Shown here piece after piece: positions 18,668-28,470 of a stretch of DNA of 64,000 nt. The notes beneath the pieces were generated by a model, which saw nothing but the letters and a program-made list of their open reading frames with translations, ran no database searches and had not been told where the DNA came from. Positions within the stretch are counted from its first letter, which is position 1. Each line of letters starts with the position of its first letter. The translations under genes and the position numbers were made by a program. This DNA comes from a virus. Where the stretch lies: IMG/VR virus record IMGVR_UViG_3300010354_000064, positions 1 to 64,000 of that record. The stretch is one strand, 5' to 3'.

Positions 18668-21600
18668 TCAGCCGATTTGCTTGATGAGACGAAGCACCGG
18701 CTGGAGGGCCATCCGGGCCTGGGGGTTCTCGCTGGCGACGCGGATGACCTCGTGGCGGAGAGCGGCGTACGCCTGCTTCTTCTGCCCCTGCTCCTTGTCG
18801 TCGTCCGACTTCTCTTCCTTCTTCTTCATGTGCTCCTTGAGAGCCGGAGGAAGCTGCCCGCCCTGCTTCTTCTGACCCTGAGCCTGCTGGCCCTGGTCCT
18901 GCTGGCCCTGGTCCTGCTGGCCCTGCTCGGCCTCATCCTGCTCGGCAGCGAGCTTCATGAGGTCGAAGGCGATGTGCGGCTGGGTGCTGGCGAGCTTGGC
19001 GGCGTAGGAACGGATACGAGCAGAAGCGTGCATGGTGGTCGTCCTCTCTGGGGTCGGGTGATAAGGAGATTCGCTTGACCCCCTCGCCGCCTTGCGGACG
19101 GTGAGAAGAGTCTCGTCCTCGGGCTGGCCCGTGAGACGAGCCAGGAGCTTGTTGTAGAGGGCCGGGTGGAGCCCGACCGAGTACTTGCCGTTGTCGAGGG
19201 TGTAGACCGCGTAGTCAAGCGCAGCACGGAAGCGTGCGTCCGGCACACCGTCCCCCATCACCGAGGGGTCGAGGACGAACTGACCCAGCCAGTCTCGGGC
19301 CGCCTTGAGCAGAGCCGTCTCATCTGCCGCGTCAAGGTCGCGAGCGTGCGCTTGCTCCCACTCGTTGTAGGGGGCGAAGCCCTCATGCCCCGGCGGATAG
19401 GGCTCGACGCCCCAGTAAACCGCCTGGCGCGAACGCAAATCGTGCTCGGAAGCCATCACATCGCCTGCCGTACAAGTAAGATAGCGGTCGAGAACGCGAG
19501 CCGTGACCACGGGAGGAGTCGGTTTCCCGCCGAGGGAGCGGAAGAAGTCCATGAGCCTGTTGCCCCGAGACGGCTTTGGTCTTCGCACCTCGTCATAGCC
19601 CAAGGGCTTGAGGGGCTCGCGCGGCGGGTCGGGTAGCGGCCCATCACGGTAGGGGCCTCTGCCCCGCTCGGCCTTCTTGCGGTCGGACTCGTACTGCTTG
19701 GTTTCCTTCTGCCACCGCTTGTACTCGGCGTCGTAGTCGTCGGCGTCCTGCTCCTGCATCCACCGCTCGACAGCCGCCCTTTTGTCGGCGGATACCGGGG
19801 CGTCCTTGAAACTCTGACGTAGCCGCTCACGCAAGAGCTTTGCGCTATTGACCCTGCCCTCTTCGGGGTAGAGGGCGTCTCGGGAACGGAGGTCTTTCGA
19901 GGCCCGTTCGAGGTTCTTGAGGAGCTTGCCGGTGGGCACATGCTCGTTGATGGCGGTATCGGAGTCAGTCGGCGCTTCGAGATACCGGCGACGCATGTCT
20001 TGGTAGTCTCGGGCTTGCAGGTAAGCCACCGCCTGAGCCTTTGCGTCGTCGGTCTTGAGCCCGTCAAGGAGCTTCTTCGTGGCCGCAGAATCCATCGGAG
20101 ACTCGACCTTACCGTCGCCCAGAACCTCCTCGTAGGTCTGCCGTGGGGGCGGAGCAGGCTTGCCCCACATCGCTACGAGTCGGTCGGAGAGCCCGGCCGG
20201 AACACCGTTCTTGGACATGTCTTTCGCGACCATCCCCTGCCCGGCGAGGCTGATGGCGAGGATACGATTCCGATGGTCGTTGAGCGCCTGCGCCTTGTCC
20301 TTCGGTTCGAGGTCGGCGAAAGACACCTGTTTGCCCTTCCACTCGACTGTCTCGGGGGGCGGAATCTTCGCCGGGTCCGTCTGATAGACCGCTTGGAGCC
20401 GGTCGCGGAACGCATCCATATCTTCCGGCTTGGTGCTACGGAACGTCTTGATGTCGTTGAGAATCGCCGCCTGGTCGTCGGGGTGGAGCTTGGAGATTTG
20501 CCCGTAATGCACAGCGGGAATCGTAGCGAGCAAGTCGAAGTCGATTTGCTGCCTCTCGTCCGAAGGTACCTTGCGCCGCTTGAGAGGGGGTAGAGCCACT
20601 TCCTTTGAGGCTTCGGCGAGGTCGGCGAGAGACTCGACACCCTCGGGTAGCTTCACACCCTTCAACTCGGGCAAGTGCTTCGAGATAGGTAGCTCGTCGA
20701 GCGGAGCCCCGCTTTTCTTCAACTCTTGGAACCGTTGTGCAACGTCGCCGGTAGCGCCTTCACCGCCCGCCATAACGGCCGCGATTTGGTCGAAGATGGA
20801 CTGCACGTTGGGATGTTGTCGAACGAGCACTTGCATCTGCTCGCGACGAACTTTCTTCTGCTCTTTCCCCTCGAACTCTTCGATGACCTTAGCCTTAGCG
20901 TCATCGGGTAGCTCGTCGAACGGGACACGCTTCTTCGGCTTCTTGCTGCGGTCGAGGAAGAGGGGTTCACCAGCGGCATCTTCCGTGGTGGTGGGAAGTC
21001 CCTTCGCATAGGCGCGGAACTCGTCGCTTTTTGCCCTACCCTCCTGCAAGAACCGCTCGACAACCCGCTGTGCCTGCGCCTTTGACTCAGAGTCACCCGG
21101 TTTGCTCTCCGGCTTCGCACCCGGTTTGCTCTCCGGCTTCGCACCCGGTTTGTTCTCCGGCTTCGGATGGAGCTTCTTGGTGGCCTTGATGAGGTCATCA
21201 ACCGACTGGATGTCCTCGGGTAGCTTCACACCCTTCAACTCGGGAATGTGCTTCGAGAGGGGGAGGCTTTCGAGCGGGTGCCCTTCCTTCTGGAGAGCGC
21301 GAAGCCGAGTAGCGAGAGGCCCTTCCTCGTCACCAGGCCCCTTGGTGGCACCCCCGAGAAACGCGAGGTCTTTCAGGGCGGCCTGAATCTCAGCGTTCTC
21401 CGAGTGCTCTCGGAACGCCGCTACCGTGTCGTCGCCAAGTTTCTCGACACGGCGACGCTCAACGAGGTCTTCGAGAGCGGCCGAAGAAAGCTCGCCCACC
21501 GGCACGGACTTCTTCTGGCTCTTGTCGTAGACCCTGAGTTGCCCGTCCGCGCCGCGCTCGGCAAAGGGCAACTTCTCGATGAAGGCATCCCGCGCCTGCT

Positions 21601-22207
21601 CGTTCTCGAACGACTGGTTGAGCTTCGCCCGTGCTGCTTCGCGCTTCGGGTCGGGTTTTGCTGGTTCACCGCCTGGCTTCGGAGCCGCTCCTTCGGGTTT
21701 GGGCGCACCCGGTTGCGGAACCCCCGGTTGAGGGGCTTCAGGCTTGGGGGCTTCAGGCTTGGGGGCTTGAGGGGGTGCGGGGGCCTCTGGGGCAGCCGAA
21801 GGCGCGGACGGTTTGCCTTCGTCGTCCTTCCCTGCGGGGGCCTCTCCGGGTTGCACCCGCTTGTAGCGGCTCGGGTTGCTCTTGATGCGAGACTCGGGGA
21901 CAGAGGTGCGCTTCTGCTCCTGCTCATCCCAGACCGGAATGAGCGGCGGAGGCTTGCCAGCGAGCGCCTGAAGATAGCGGTCGGCAACCCGTCGCTGAAG
22001 CGAGCCCCCGACGTTCTTGTAGTTGAGCGACAAGTCGCGGTCGCCCTTCAGGTCAGGGTCACCCGCCGTGTCGGGGTCACGCTCGGCCTGGGTTGTCTCG
22101 CGCCGCTTATCCTTTCGAGGCGGCTTCACCTTGGGCGCAGGGCGGACAAGACGTTCGGCCTCGTCCTCCTCGCGCTCGTAGGTGTCCTTCGTGGCCCAGC
22201 GGTGCAT
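18668..22207 (-). CDS. Large repeat-containing putative internal head protein
   Basis: Immediately downstream of the portal. Three RVxxR[FY]L motifs, internal duplications, two in-frame internal starts. Confidence 0.75.
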   Translation of the reverse strand: MHRWATKDTYEREEDEAERLVRPAPKVKPPRKDKRRETTQAERDPDTAGDPDLKGDRDLSLNYKNVGGSLQRRVADRYLQALAGKPPPLIPVWDEQEQKRTSVPESRIKSNPSRYKRVQPGEAPAGKDDEGKPSAPSAAPEAPAPPQAPKPEAPKPEAPQPGVPQPGAPKPEGAAPKPGGEPAKPDPKREAARAKLNQSFENEQARDAFIEKLPFAERGADGQLRVYDKSQKKSVPVGELSSAALEDLVERRRVEKLGDDTVAAFREHSENAEIQAALKDLAFLGGATKGPGDEEGPLATRLRALQKEGHPLESLPLSKHIPELKGVKLPEDIQSVDDLIKATKKLHPKPENKPGAKPESKPGAKPESKPGDSESKAQAQRVVERFLQEGRAKSDEFRAYAKGLPTTTEDAAGEPLFLDRSKKPKKRVPFDELPDDAKAKVIEEFEGKEQKKVRREQMQVLVRQHPNVQSIFDQIAAVMAGGEGATGDVAQRFQELKKSGAPLDELPISKHLPELKGVKLPEGVESLADLAEASKEVALPPLKRRKVPSDERQQIDFDLLATIPAVHYGQISKLHPDDQAAILNDIKTFRSTKPEDMDAFRDRLQAVYQTDPAKIPPPETVEWKGKQVSFADLEPKDKAQALNDHRNRILAISLAGQGMVAKDMSKNGVPAGLSDRLVAMWGKPAPPPRQTYEEVLGDGKVESPMDSAATKKLLDGLKTDDAKAQAVAYLQARDYQDMRRRYLEAPTDSDTAINEHVPTGKLLKNLERASKDLRSRDALYPEEGRVNSAKLLRERLRQSFKDAPVSADKRAAVERWMQEQDADDYDAEYKRWQKETKQYESDRKKAERGRGPYRDGPLPDPPREPLKPLGYDEVRRPKPSRGNRLMDFFRSLGGKPTPPVVTARVLDRYLTCTAGDVMASEHDLRSRQAVYWGVEPYPPGHEGFAPYNEWEQAHARDLDAADETALLKAARDWLGQFVLDPSVMGDGVPDARFRAALDYAVYTLDNGKYSVGLHPALYNKLLARLTGQPEDETLLTVRKAARGSSESPYHPTPERTTTMHASARIRSYAAKLASTQPHIAFDLMKLAAEQDEAEQGQQDQGQQDQGQQAQGQKKQGGQLPPALKEHMKKKEEKSDDDKEQGQKKQAYAALRHEVIRVASENPQARMALQPVLRLIKQIG
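20641..21244. repeat. 31-nt exact direct repeat (20641-20671 and 21214-21244) and a 24-nt tandem repeat x3 (21094-21165)
   Basis: CCTCGGGTAGCTTCACACCCTTCAACTCGGG twice; CACCCGGTTTG[C/T]TCTCCGGCTTCG three times (encodes KPESKPGA-type units). Confidence 0.9.
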
Positions 22208-22238
22208 CACTCATGGCCCTTGATAGAAAGGCTAGGGG

Positions 22239-24032
22239 CTAGAAGCGACTCTCGGCCTCGGCAGGTTGCTCCTTCTTCTTGAGCCCGAGGTACTTCGTCA
22301 CCCGGTCGGCAACGTCCGACTGTTCCGCGATGGTGCCGCCGATAGCCCCGTAGATGCCACGGAGCACCTCGTTGAAGGTGGCGTCGTTCACCGTGAACAT
22401 GTCGCGTTCGATTTTGATGCGCGTGTCGTGCGGGTCCACGTTGAACATCTCCAGGATGAGGTCGATGGAAATCGAGCCCTTCTGGTAGAGGTTGAACAAG
22501 GCGTCGTACGTGTCCTGCGAGTCGCGGAGCGGCAAGCGCGTGAAGCTCAGGCGGGGGTAGAGCACTACCTCCTCGCCCCACTTGTCCTTCTCGATGAAGC
22601 CCTTGCGGCGCGCGACCGGCTTGAACAGGTACTCTTCGACGTACTCCTGGAGAAGTTCGCGCAGGAACAGGTACCGCTGGTTGATGACTTCGAGCTTCAA
22701 GCGGTCGCCCGAATAGAGCGTCTCGCCCGACATGAGGCTCTCGGTCACACCGAGGCCCGTGCGCAACCGACGCTCCGTCTGCTCGTACTCGGTCGAGAGG
22801 TCGAGGAGGCGGTCGCGGCTCCCCATCTCTTCCCAATGCACCTCGTAGTTCGTGATGATGGAGTAGTCGGGGTCCACGAGCGCCAAGTCCACCTGCTCCC
22901 GCAGAGATTCGGCGTCGGCCTGCGAGATGTCCTCGGCCCACACGATGCGCTTCGGCGTCATCGCACGGCTGGCAATCTGAGTCTGGGCCTGCCGGAGCTT
23001 CTCCCGGTAGTAGAGGGTGCGGAGACAGCGGTCGAGAAGGCTCTGCCCCATGTCGTCACCCGCGCCACGACGACCTGCCAGAAGGAACGCGAAGCTCCCC
23101 TCGTCGGGGTCAGTTCCGAGCGGGATGAGTTGGCTGCTCGCGATGTACTCCCGCACCTCGGCCGGAATCTCGTTGACCATCTCCTCGGCCATCGGGTCGC
23201 CTTGGCTCGCCTGCTCGATGAGCGCGCGGTCCCGGTCAGACGGGATGAGGTCCAACCGCACCTTGTCGGTGTAGTTGAACGTCGTGATTTTCACTTGGTC
23301 GATGGGGAAGATGAGGAGGCGGTCCCACCCCTGATAGTGCTTCTGGTAGTACCGAAGCTCCTCGTCCTCGCGGTTCGACTTCTCGACCCACGCCTCTTCG
23401 TCCTCTTCCTTGGTATCCCCTTCGTCGGTCAGGACCGACTTGCGGTTGACTTGGCGCTCGAAGCCCACGTCGTCCGGCATACTGACCTCGGAGTCCTCGG
23501 CGAACGCGATGACAGTTCCGTCAAGCCAGTAGTGGTGGACGAGCGTGATGAGCCGGTGGAAGAGCTTGATGCGCTTCGTCATCCGCTCGAAGAACGTCAG
23601 GATGTACTTACCGTAGTCGTCCGGCGAGTCGAAGCCCGCAGGGCACGTCGAGGGCTTCGGCGCGGCGAGCCGCACCTTCGAGAGCGGAAGCTCCGTGTGC
23701 AGGTCGATGGCCTGTGCGACCATCTCGTCGGTGTTGTAGAAGTGCCGGTAAATCTCGCGCTTTTCGCGGAGAGACTGCGGCAGTTCGAGAAAGTCAGTCG
23801 AAAGCTGGGGGCTGAAGAACGACTGGTTGCCAGAGAGGACGGTGTTACCCCCGATGTCCCCGGCGTACATGGCCGTCTTGTTCCGGTACTGCTGCCGGGC
23901 CGCACGCTCCTTGTCGGTGAGCGGCATGGACGAGCCCGCGCCCGTCTTGGTGACGAAAGGCGACCGACGAGCCTTCGGGGGCACGTCAACACCGACAGCG
24001 GTGCGGACGTTGGTGAAGTTACCTCGCGGCAT
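22239..24032 (-). CDS. Portal protein
   Basis: ~600 aa between terminase and head genes. FYNTDEMVAQAIDLH, GLGVTESLMSG, EYLFKPVARRKGF portal-like segments. Confidence 0.85.
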   Translation of the reverse strand: MPRGNFTNVRTAVGVDVPPKARRSPFVTKTGAGSSMPLTDKERAARQQYRNKTAMYAGDIGGNTVLSGNQSFFSPQLSTDFLELPQSLREKREIYRHFYNTDEMVAQAIDLHTELPLSKVRLAAPKPSTCPAGFDSPDDYGKYILTFFERMTKRIKLFHRLITLVHHYWLDGTVIAFAEDSEVSMPDDVGFERQVNRKSVLTDEGDTKEEDEEAWVEKSNREDEELRYYQKHYQGWDRLLIFPIDQVKITTFNYTDKVRLDLIPSDRDRALIEQASQGDPMAEEMVNEIPAEVREYIASSQLIPLGTDPDEGSFAFLLAGRRGAGDDMGQSLLDRCLRTLYYREKLRQAQTQIASRAMTPKRIVWAEDISQADAESLREQVDLALVDPDYSIITNYEVHWEEMGSRDRLLDLSTEYEQTERRLRTGLGVTESLMSGETLYSGDRLKLEVINQRYLFLRELLQEYVEEYLFKPVARRKGFIEKDKWGEEVVLYPRLSFTRLPLRDSQDTYDALFNLYQKGSISIDLILEMFNVDPHDTRIKIERDMFTVNDATFNEVLRGIYGAIGGTIAEQSDVADRVTKYLGLKKKEQPAEAESRF

Positions 24033-24420
24033 GGCTCACCATCTCCTGCCCGTAAAGCTCAACGAGGTCGGGCGTAGCTTGGGGCTCCGCCTGCTGGGCA
24101 GCGCGCTTTTCAGCCTGACGGGCCTCTCGTTCAGCATGTTCTTCGGCTTCGACCTGCTCACGTCGGATGGTTTCGACAAGGCGACTAACGCTCGCCGTGC
24201 GACGAATCCCCCCATCAACCATGCTGCCGAAACGAGTCCAGGCGTTCGCGAACGTCACGTACCGGCTCGTGAAGGTGTCAGCCGGAGCCCGCCGGACCTT
24301 GCTGTAGAGGGCCTGGGAAAGCTCGACCATGCGCGCCGCAAGGCGGTCCATCTCGTCCCGGACGGAGTGAATCTCCCGGACGATTTCGGCGCTTTCGAGA
24401 TTTCGAGGGTCACGGCTCAT
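24019..24420 (-). CDS. Hypothetical coiled-coil protein
   Basis: Translationally coupled in the operon. Confidence 0.65.
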   Translation of the reverse strand: MSRDPRNLESAEIVREIHSVRDEMDRLAARMVELSQALYSKVRRAPADTFTSRYVTFANAWTRFGSMVDGGIRRTASVSRLVETIRREQVEAEEHAEREARQAEKRAAQQAEPQATPDLVELYGQEMVSHAAR

Positions 24421-24939
24421 CTACATGCTCGTCTGGATGCCCAGGTAGTAGCGGTTGGCTTTCTTCGGCACTTGCGCGCAGAAGCCCGTGAAGAAGCACG
24501 GAGCCAGGAGGCTACCCGAGAGCGTAAGCTCGTCCTCCTTCGTCCAGAGGCCGCGCAGCGACAAGTAGAGCACGTCGTTCGGCCCGTAGACAAGCGGCAC
24601 AAGGGGGCCACCCCCGATGCGGCTCGCGTACGTGTACCGCTCGTAGCTTGTCGTCATCATCAGGCAACCGCCCGAGAACATCGTCGCCTCGGCGTAGACC
24701 ACTTGGTTCCGGGTCATGCTGACGTACCCATCACCGGGCTCGTCAGAACCCCAGACGAGGAACCCGCCGTAGAGCCCGTTCGAGTACGTGACCGTCCGAA
24801 CATCGGGAACGACGTTCGCCCACATGACGCCCTGACCACCAGGCCAGCCACCCGCGAGCATCGACGTATCGACGGCGACGGTCTGCCGGTCCCCGTAGTA
24901 GAGGACGACGCACTCTCGGCCGCGCAGAATCTCGCTCAT
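24421..24939 (-). CDS. Hypothetical virion protein, paralog B
   Basis: Shares VAVD, GW.GGQGV.W, WGSDE, SMTR, SRIGGGPLVP.VY, SLRG.WTKEDE.TLSG with the adjacent gene. Confidence 0.75.
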   Translation of the reverse strand: MSEILRGRECVVLYYGDRQTVAVDTSMLAGGWPGGQGVMWANVVPDVRTVTYSNGLYGGFLVWGSDEPGDGYVSMTRNQVVYAEATMFSGGCLMMTTSYERYTYASRIGGGPLVPLVYGPNDVLYLSLRGLWTKEDELTLSGSLLAPCFFTGFCAQVPKKANRYYLGIQTSM

Positions 24940-24941
24940 GG

Positions 24942-25463
24942 CTAGATGCTCACCTGGATGGTCATGTAGCCATCGGTCGAGGGGCTCGGAGCCTGCGCGC
25001 AGAAGCCGATGTAGTAGCTGTTCGGAGCGCGAGGGTCACCACTCAGCGTCCACTCGTCTTCCTTCGTCCAATACCCCCGGAGACTGAAGACGAGCCGGTC
25101 GCTCGCGCTGTAGACGATGGGCACGAGAGGCCCGCCGCCGATGCGGCTCAGATACGTGTACTTCTCGTACGTCGAGGTCGAAATGAGCCAGCCGCCCGCG
25201 CCGAACACGAGGTACTGGTAGGTCGGGAACTGCCTCGTCATCGACGTGAACTGGTCGGCAGACTCATCCGAGCCCCAGAGCGCGAAGCCCGCGTAGTACC
25301 CGTCCGACATCTTCACGGTCGGCAGGTCCTTCGTGGAAGGCGTCCATTGAACGCCCTGCCCCCCACGCCAGCCAGAAGCGGCGAGCGAGGGGTCTACCGC
25401 GACCGCGTAAGCATCCCCTTTCACGAGGATGATGGAGTCGCGGGTGCGCGGGAAATCAGCCAT
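24942..25463 (-). CDS. Hypothetical virion protein, paralog A
   Basis: Tandem paralog of 24421..24939. Confidence 0.75.
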   Translation of the reverse strand: MADFPRTRDSIILVKGDAYAVAVDPSLAASGWRGGQGVQWTPSTKDLPTVKMSDGYYAGFALWGSDESADQFTSMTRQFPTYQYLVFGAGGWLISTSTYEKYTYLSRIGGGPLVPIVYSASDRLVFSLRGYWTKEDEWTLSGDPRAPNSYYIGFCAQAPSPSTDGYMTIQVSI

Positions 25464-25717
25464 CAGACAACCTCTTGGGTCGTGTTCTTGCGGCCGGGCG
25501 TCTGCCCCCAGGTCGTCACGACCTGCTTGAGCATTTCCAGGTGCGGCAAGCTCCCGAGGCTAATCTGGTCCCACGCGCCGCCGAGCGACCGGAACGCCGT
25601 GCGGATGACCATGTAGTCGGTCTTCTCGGTGACGAGAGTCTCGCCGAACATGTGGTCCACCATCTGGCGAATCACATGGTTCGCGAACACCTTGGGGGGC
25701 GACTTGTTCTCGTCCAT
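25463..25717 (-). CDS. Hypothetical protein
   Basis: TGATG coupling to the next gene. Confidence 0.65.
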   Translation of the reverse strand: MDENKSPPKVFANHVIRQMVDHMFGETLVTEKTDYMVIRTAFRSLGGAWDQISLGSLPHLEMLKQVVTTWGQTPGRKNTTQEVV

Positions 25718-25740
25718 GCTTGGGGCTTCCTAGAAGGGCT

Positions 25741-27762
25741 TTACCGCCCCCTACCTCGGAGAACACCACCGCGCTGGGGACTACCTCGACCAGGAGCCAC
25801 TCGGTCACCGGCCCCACCGTGTGCCTTCGCGCGCGTCATCTGGTAGCGCGCCAAGGTCATACCGCCCCCAACCTGCCCCGCGTGAGGGTTCGTGGAAGCG
25901 ACGTACTTCATGGTCGTAAGTCTCTGCGCGGCAAGCCAGACGGAACGGACGAAGGCATCCGCCTGGTCGTCGTGGTAACCCGAGTTCGGAGGAGCCTGCA
26001 CGGTGACGACGTTCTTGCTCGACTGTTCGGCCTGGAGCGTGAGTAGCTCCTGGATAAACGGCGAGTGCTTGCCCTTGATGCCCGCCTGCTCACCAATCGG
26101 CCAGTCGTAGAGCCGGAGCTTGCGGTCGAACATCATCAGCTTCGCGTTTTGGTAGATTTTGCTCGCGAAGTCGCGGGTGAAGAACTCGGATTTGAACTGG
26201 CCCAGGCCCTTCTTGCGGAGCGCCTGCTCCAGCGGGATGCCGTTCCAGCGGTCGAAGATGCCCTCGACGATGAAGAACCGCTTGGTGAGCCCGGTAATCC
26301 AGTTGGCGATTTCCTCGAAGTCGAGGCGCTCGACCTCGGAGATACGCCGCGCATAGTCGCACGAGTAGTTCGGCAGGTGCGGGTTTGCCTGCCGCCAGTC
26401 CACCCCTGCGTACCATGTCTCGTGGTAGTCGAGCACCACCTTGTCGCCCTCGACGTGCGTGATGAAGACGGTTGTGCCGTCGTTCATGAGGCCGAGGTCG
26501 ATGCCCATGAAGTAGGGGTAGCGCGGGATGCCCTGCTCGACTGGCCGGAGAGCAGAGTCGATGCAGTCGGTGAGGTCTACCTCACGCTCAATCCAGCCAC
26601 GCACACGGTCGCTGAACTGCGCGCCGTACTCCGTCATGAAGGTCGCCGGGTCGGCGTGGTACTTCTGCCGGAGGAACTCGGGTTCGACGGTCGGGTTCAC
26701 CTCCCAGGTCGGGGCCTGGATGGCGAGCATGTTGGCCGAGCCCGGCCCGTTGCTCATCGCAAGGTGGTAAAGCTCGTAGAACTTGCCTGCCTTGTTCAGC
26801 GGGCTGGAGATGCAGATGATGCGCGACTCGACCGGGCCGATGGGAACCGTGGTGTCGGCAGGGTCTTTGGGGCTGAAGGCGAGCGCGCTCGGCGTGACGG
26901 CGTTGTAGATTTGCTCGGCCGACGAGTTGCCCTTGTCCTGGAAGTGGGCCATCTCGTCAAGGATGATGACGATGTTGCCGGAGCCGCGAAGGCCCTTGGC
27001 GACGCATGACTTGAAGGTCACGCGCATCGTCGCCTTGCCGTTGAACGAGACGAACTTGCCGTTCTCGTGCCGCGCCGTCTCGCCGTACTTCTTGATGTCG
27101 TAGGGCGTGCGGAACTGAATGTGCGAGAGCGTGTTGTTCGCGATGTACGGCTTGAAGTACTCGCACCGGCTGAGGTGGGTCGTCACCTCGTTGAAGAGGA
27201 GGCTCGCCTGGTCCTTGTCGGTGGCGACCGAGATAATCTGGATGCGGTTGCCGCTCGGGAGCCCGTAGTAGCCCTGCGGGTGCTCCAGGTTCAGGAGCCG
27301 GTAGACCTCGTAGCTGGCGAAGATGCCAGACATAGTGGTCTTCCCGGCGCGGCGGCCGATGGATAGCAGAAGCTCCCGTCGCTCGTGGTCCTGCTCCCCG
27401 ACGTTGCACCTCCCCTCCTCGTAGAGGAAGCGGACGTACTCTTTCTCGGTCATGTGGTACAAGACCTTGGTGCGAAACATGTCTCGCACCTCGATGGTCT
27501 TGACCTTATCCTCCAGCGGGATGTGGTAGTAGAGCTTGACGATGGCGCGCTGCACCGGGTACAGCCGCATCCCAAGGCCCCACGACTGCTCGATGTAGTC
27601 GAGGACGTTGAAGATGCGCGGGCGCTTCGGTCCCGTCTGAACGGCTGCCGCATCGGCAGGAGCGTTCGCTAGCTCGACAGTCGCCTTAGCCTGCTGGCCC
27701 GCTTGGCGGATGAGCGAGGATAGGGCGGGGCCTTTGCTCTGTTGAGCCTTGGGGGCAGCCAT
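25741..27762 (-). CDS. terL: Terminase large subunit
   Basis: Walker A GRRAGKT, Walker B IILDEMAHF, motif III ISSP, nuclease GIDLG and HDDQADA. Confidence 0.95.
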   Translation of the reverse strand: MAAPKAQQSKGPALSSLIRQAGQQAKATVELANAPADAAAVQTGPKRPRIFNVLDYIEQSWGLGMRLYPVQRAIVKLYYHIPLEDKVKTIEVRDMFRTKVLYHMTEKEYVRFLYEEGRCNVGEQDHERRELLLSIGRRAGKTTMSGIFASYEVYRLLNLEHPQGYYGLPSGNRIQIISVATDKDQASLLFNEVTTHLSRCEYFKPYIANNTLSHIQFRTPYDIKKYGETARHENGKFVSFNGKATMRVTFKSCVAKGLRGSGNIVIILDEMAHFQDKGNSSAEQIYNAVTPSALAFSPKDPADTTVPIGPVESRIICISSPLNKAGKFYELYHLAMSNGPGSANMLAIQAPTWEVNPTVEPEFLRQKYHADPATFMTEYGAQFSDRVRGWIEREVDLTDCIDSALRPVEQGIPRYPYFMGIDLGLMNDGTTVFITHVEGDKVVLDYHETWYAGVDWRQANPHLPNYSCDYARRISEVERLDFEEIANWITGLTKRFFIVEGIFDRWNGIPLEQALRKKGLGQFKSEFFTRDFASKIYQNAKLMMFDRKLRLYDWPIGEQAGIKGKHSPFIQELLTLQAEQSSKNVVTVQAPPNSGYHDDQADAFVRSVWLAAQRLTTMKYVASTNPHAGQVGGGMTLARYQMTRAKAHGGAGDRVAPGRGSPQRGGVLRGRGR

Positions 27763-27765
27763 GCG

Positions 27766-28458
27766 TCAGCGAACCGCGTCGGCCGCTCGGTCTTCCCAGC
27801 CCTCGATTTTCGTCGAGAAACGGTTGAAGAAGAGGTCGATTTGCTCGGGCGTGAGAGTGTCGGCAGCGACCTCGCGCATCATCTCAATCCAGAGGGCAAA
27901 GACCTTCTGGAACTTCTCAGCACGCAGGTCGATGGCGTCGCTGCCGAGCTTCTTGATTTCAAGCTCGATGTTCGCGATTTTCGTCAGGGCGTCGATGCGA
28001 CGAGTGCTCGTCTGGGCCGTATCCTTGCCGTACTTCTCGTTCTCGATGCGCTGGAAGTGCAAGGCAGCAGCCTCTTTGGCGACCTCGGCTCGGATGAGCT
28101 TGAGCACCTGGGCCGCATCGGCTGCTCCGCGCGTCGCCTGAACGACGGCATCGGAGTCGATGAACTTCGCCTTCTCCTCGCTGATGAGCGCGTGGTACTG
28201 AAGGTCGGAGGTCGTCGGCATCCGCTCGACCTTCCGGGGACGCCCCGGCCCGCGCTGAACCTTCAGGGCGTTCCCCTGCTTGCCCTTGCCACCAAGCGTC
28301 GGCGCAGCGTGAACGGGGAGAAGCTGAAGGACGTTCGTGGCCTTGCCGGACTCGCTGACCTCGGCCGTCTCGCCGATGGGGTCCGCGTCATCCTGTTCGT
28401 CGTCGGCATCGACCTCGGTGTCGGTCGTCTCATCCACGGGGGACTTGTCGGTCATCAT
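27766..28458 (-). CDS. Probable terminase small subunit with AT-hook
   Basis: Directly upstream of terL; RGPGRPRK AT-hook; helical C-terminus. Confidence 0.55.
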   Translation of the reverse strand: MMTDKSPVDETTDTEVDADDEQDDADPIGETAEVSESGKATNVLQLLPVHAAPTLGGKGKQGNALKVQRGPGRPRKVERMPTTSDLQYHALISEEKAKFIDSDAVVQATRGAADAAQVLKLIRAEVAKEAAALHFQRIENEKYGKDTAQTSTRRIDALTKIANIELEIKKLGSDAIDLRAEKFQKVFALWIEMMREVAADTLTPEQIDLFFNRFSTKIEGWEDRAADAVR

Positions 28459-28470
28459 GCGAGCCTCGCG

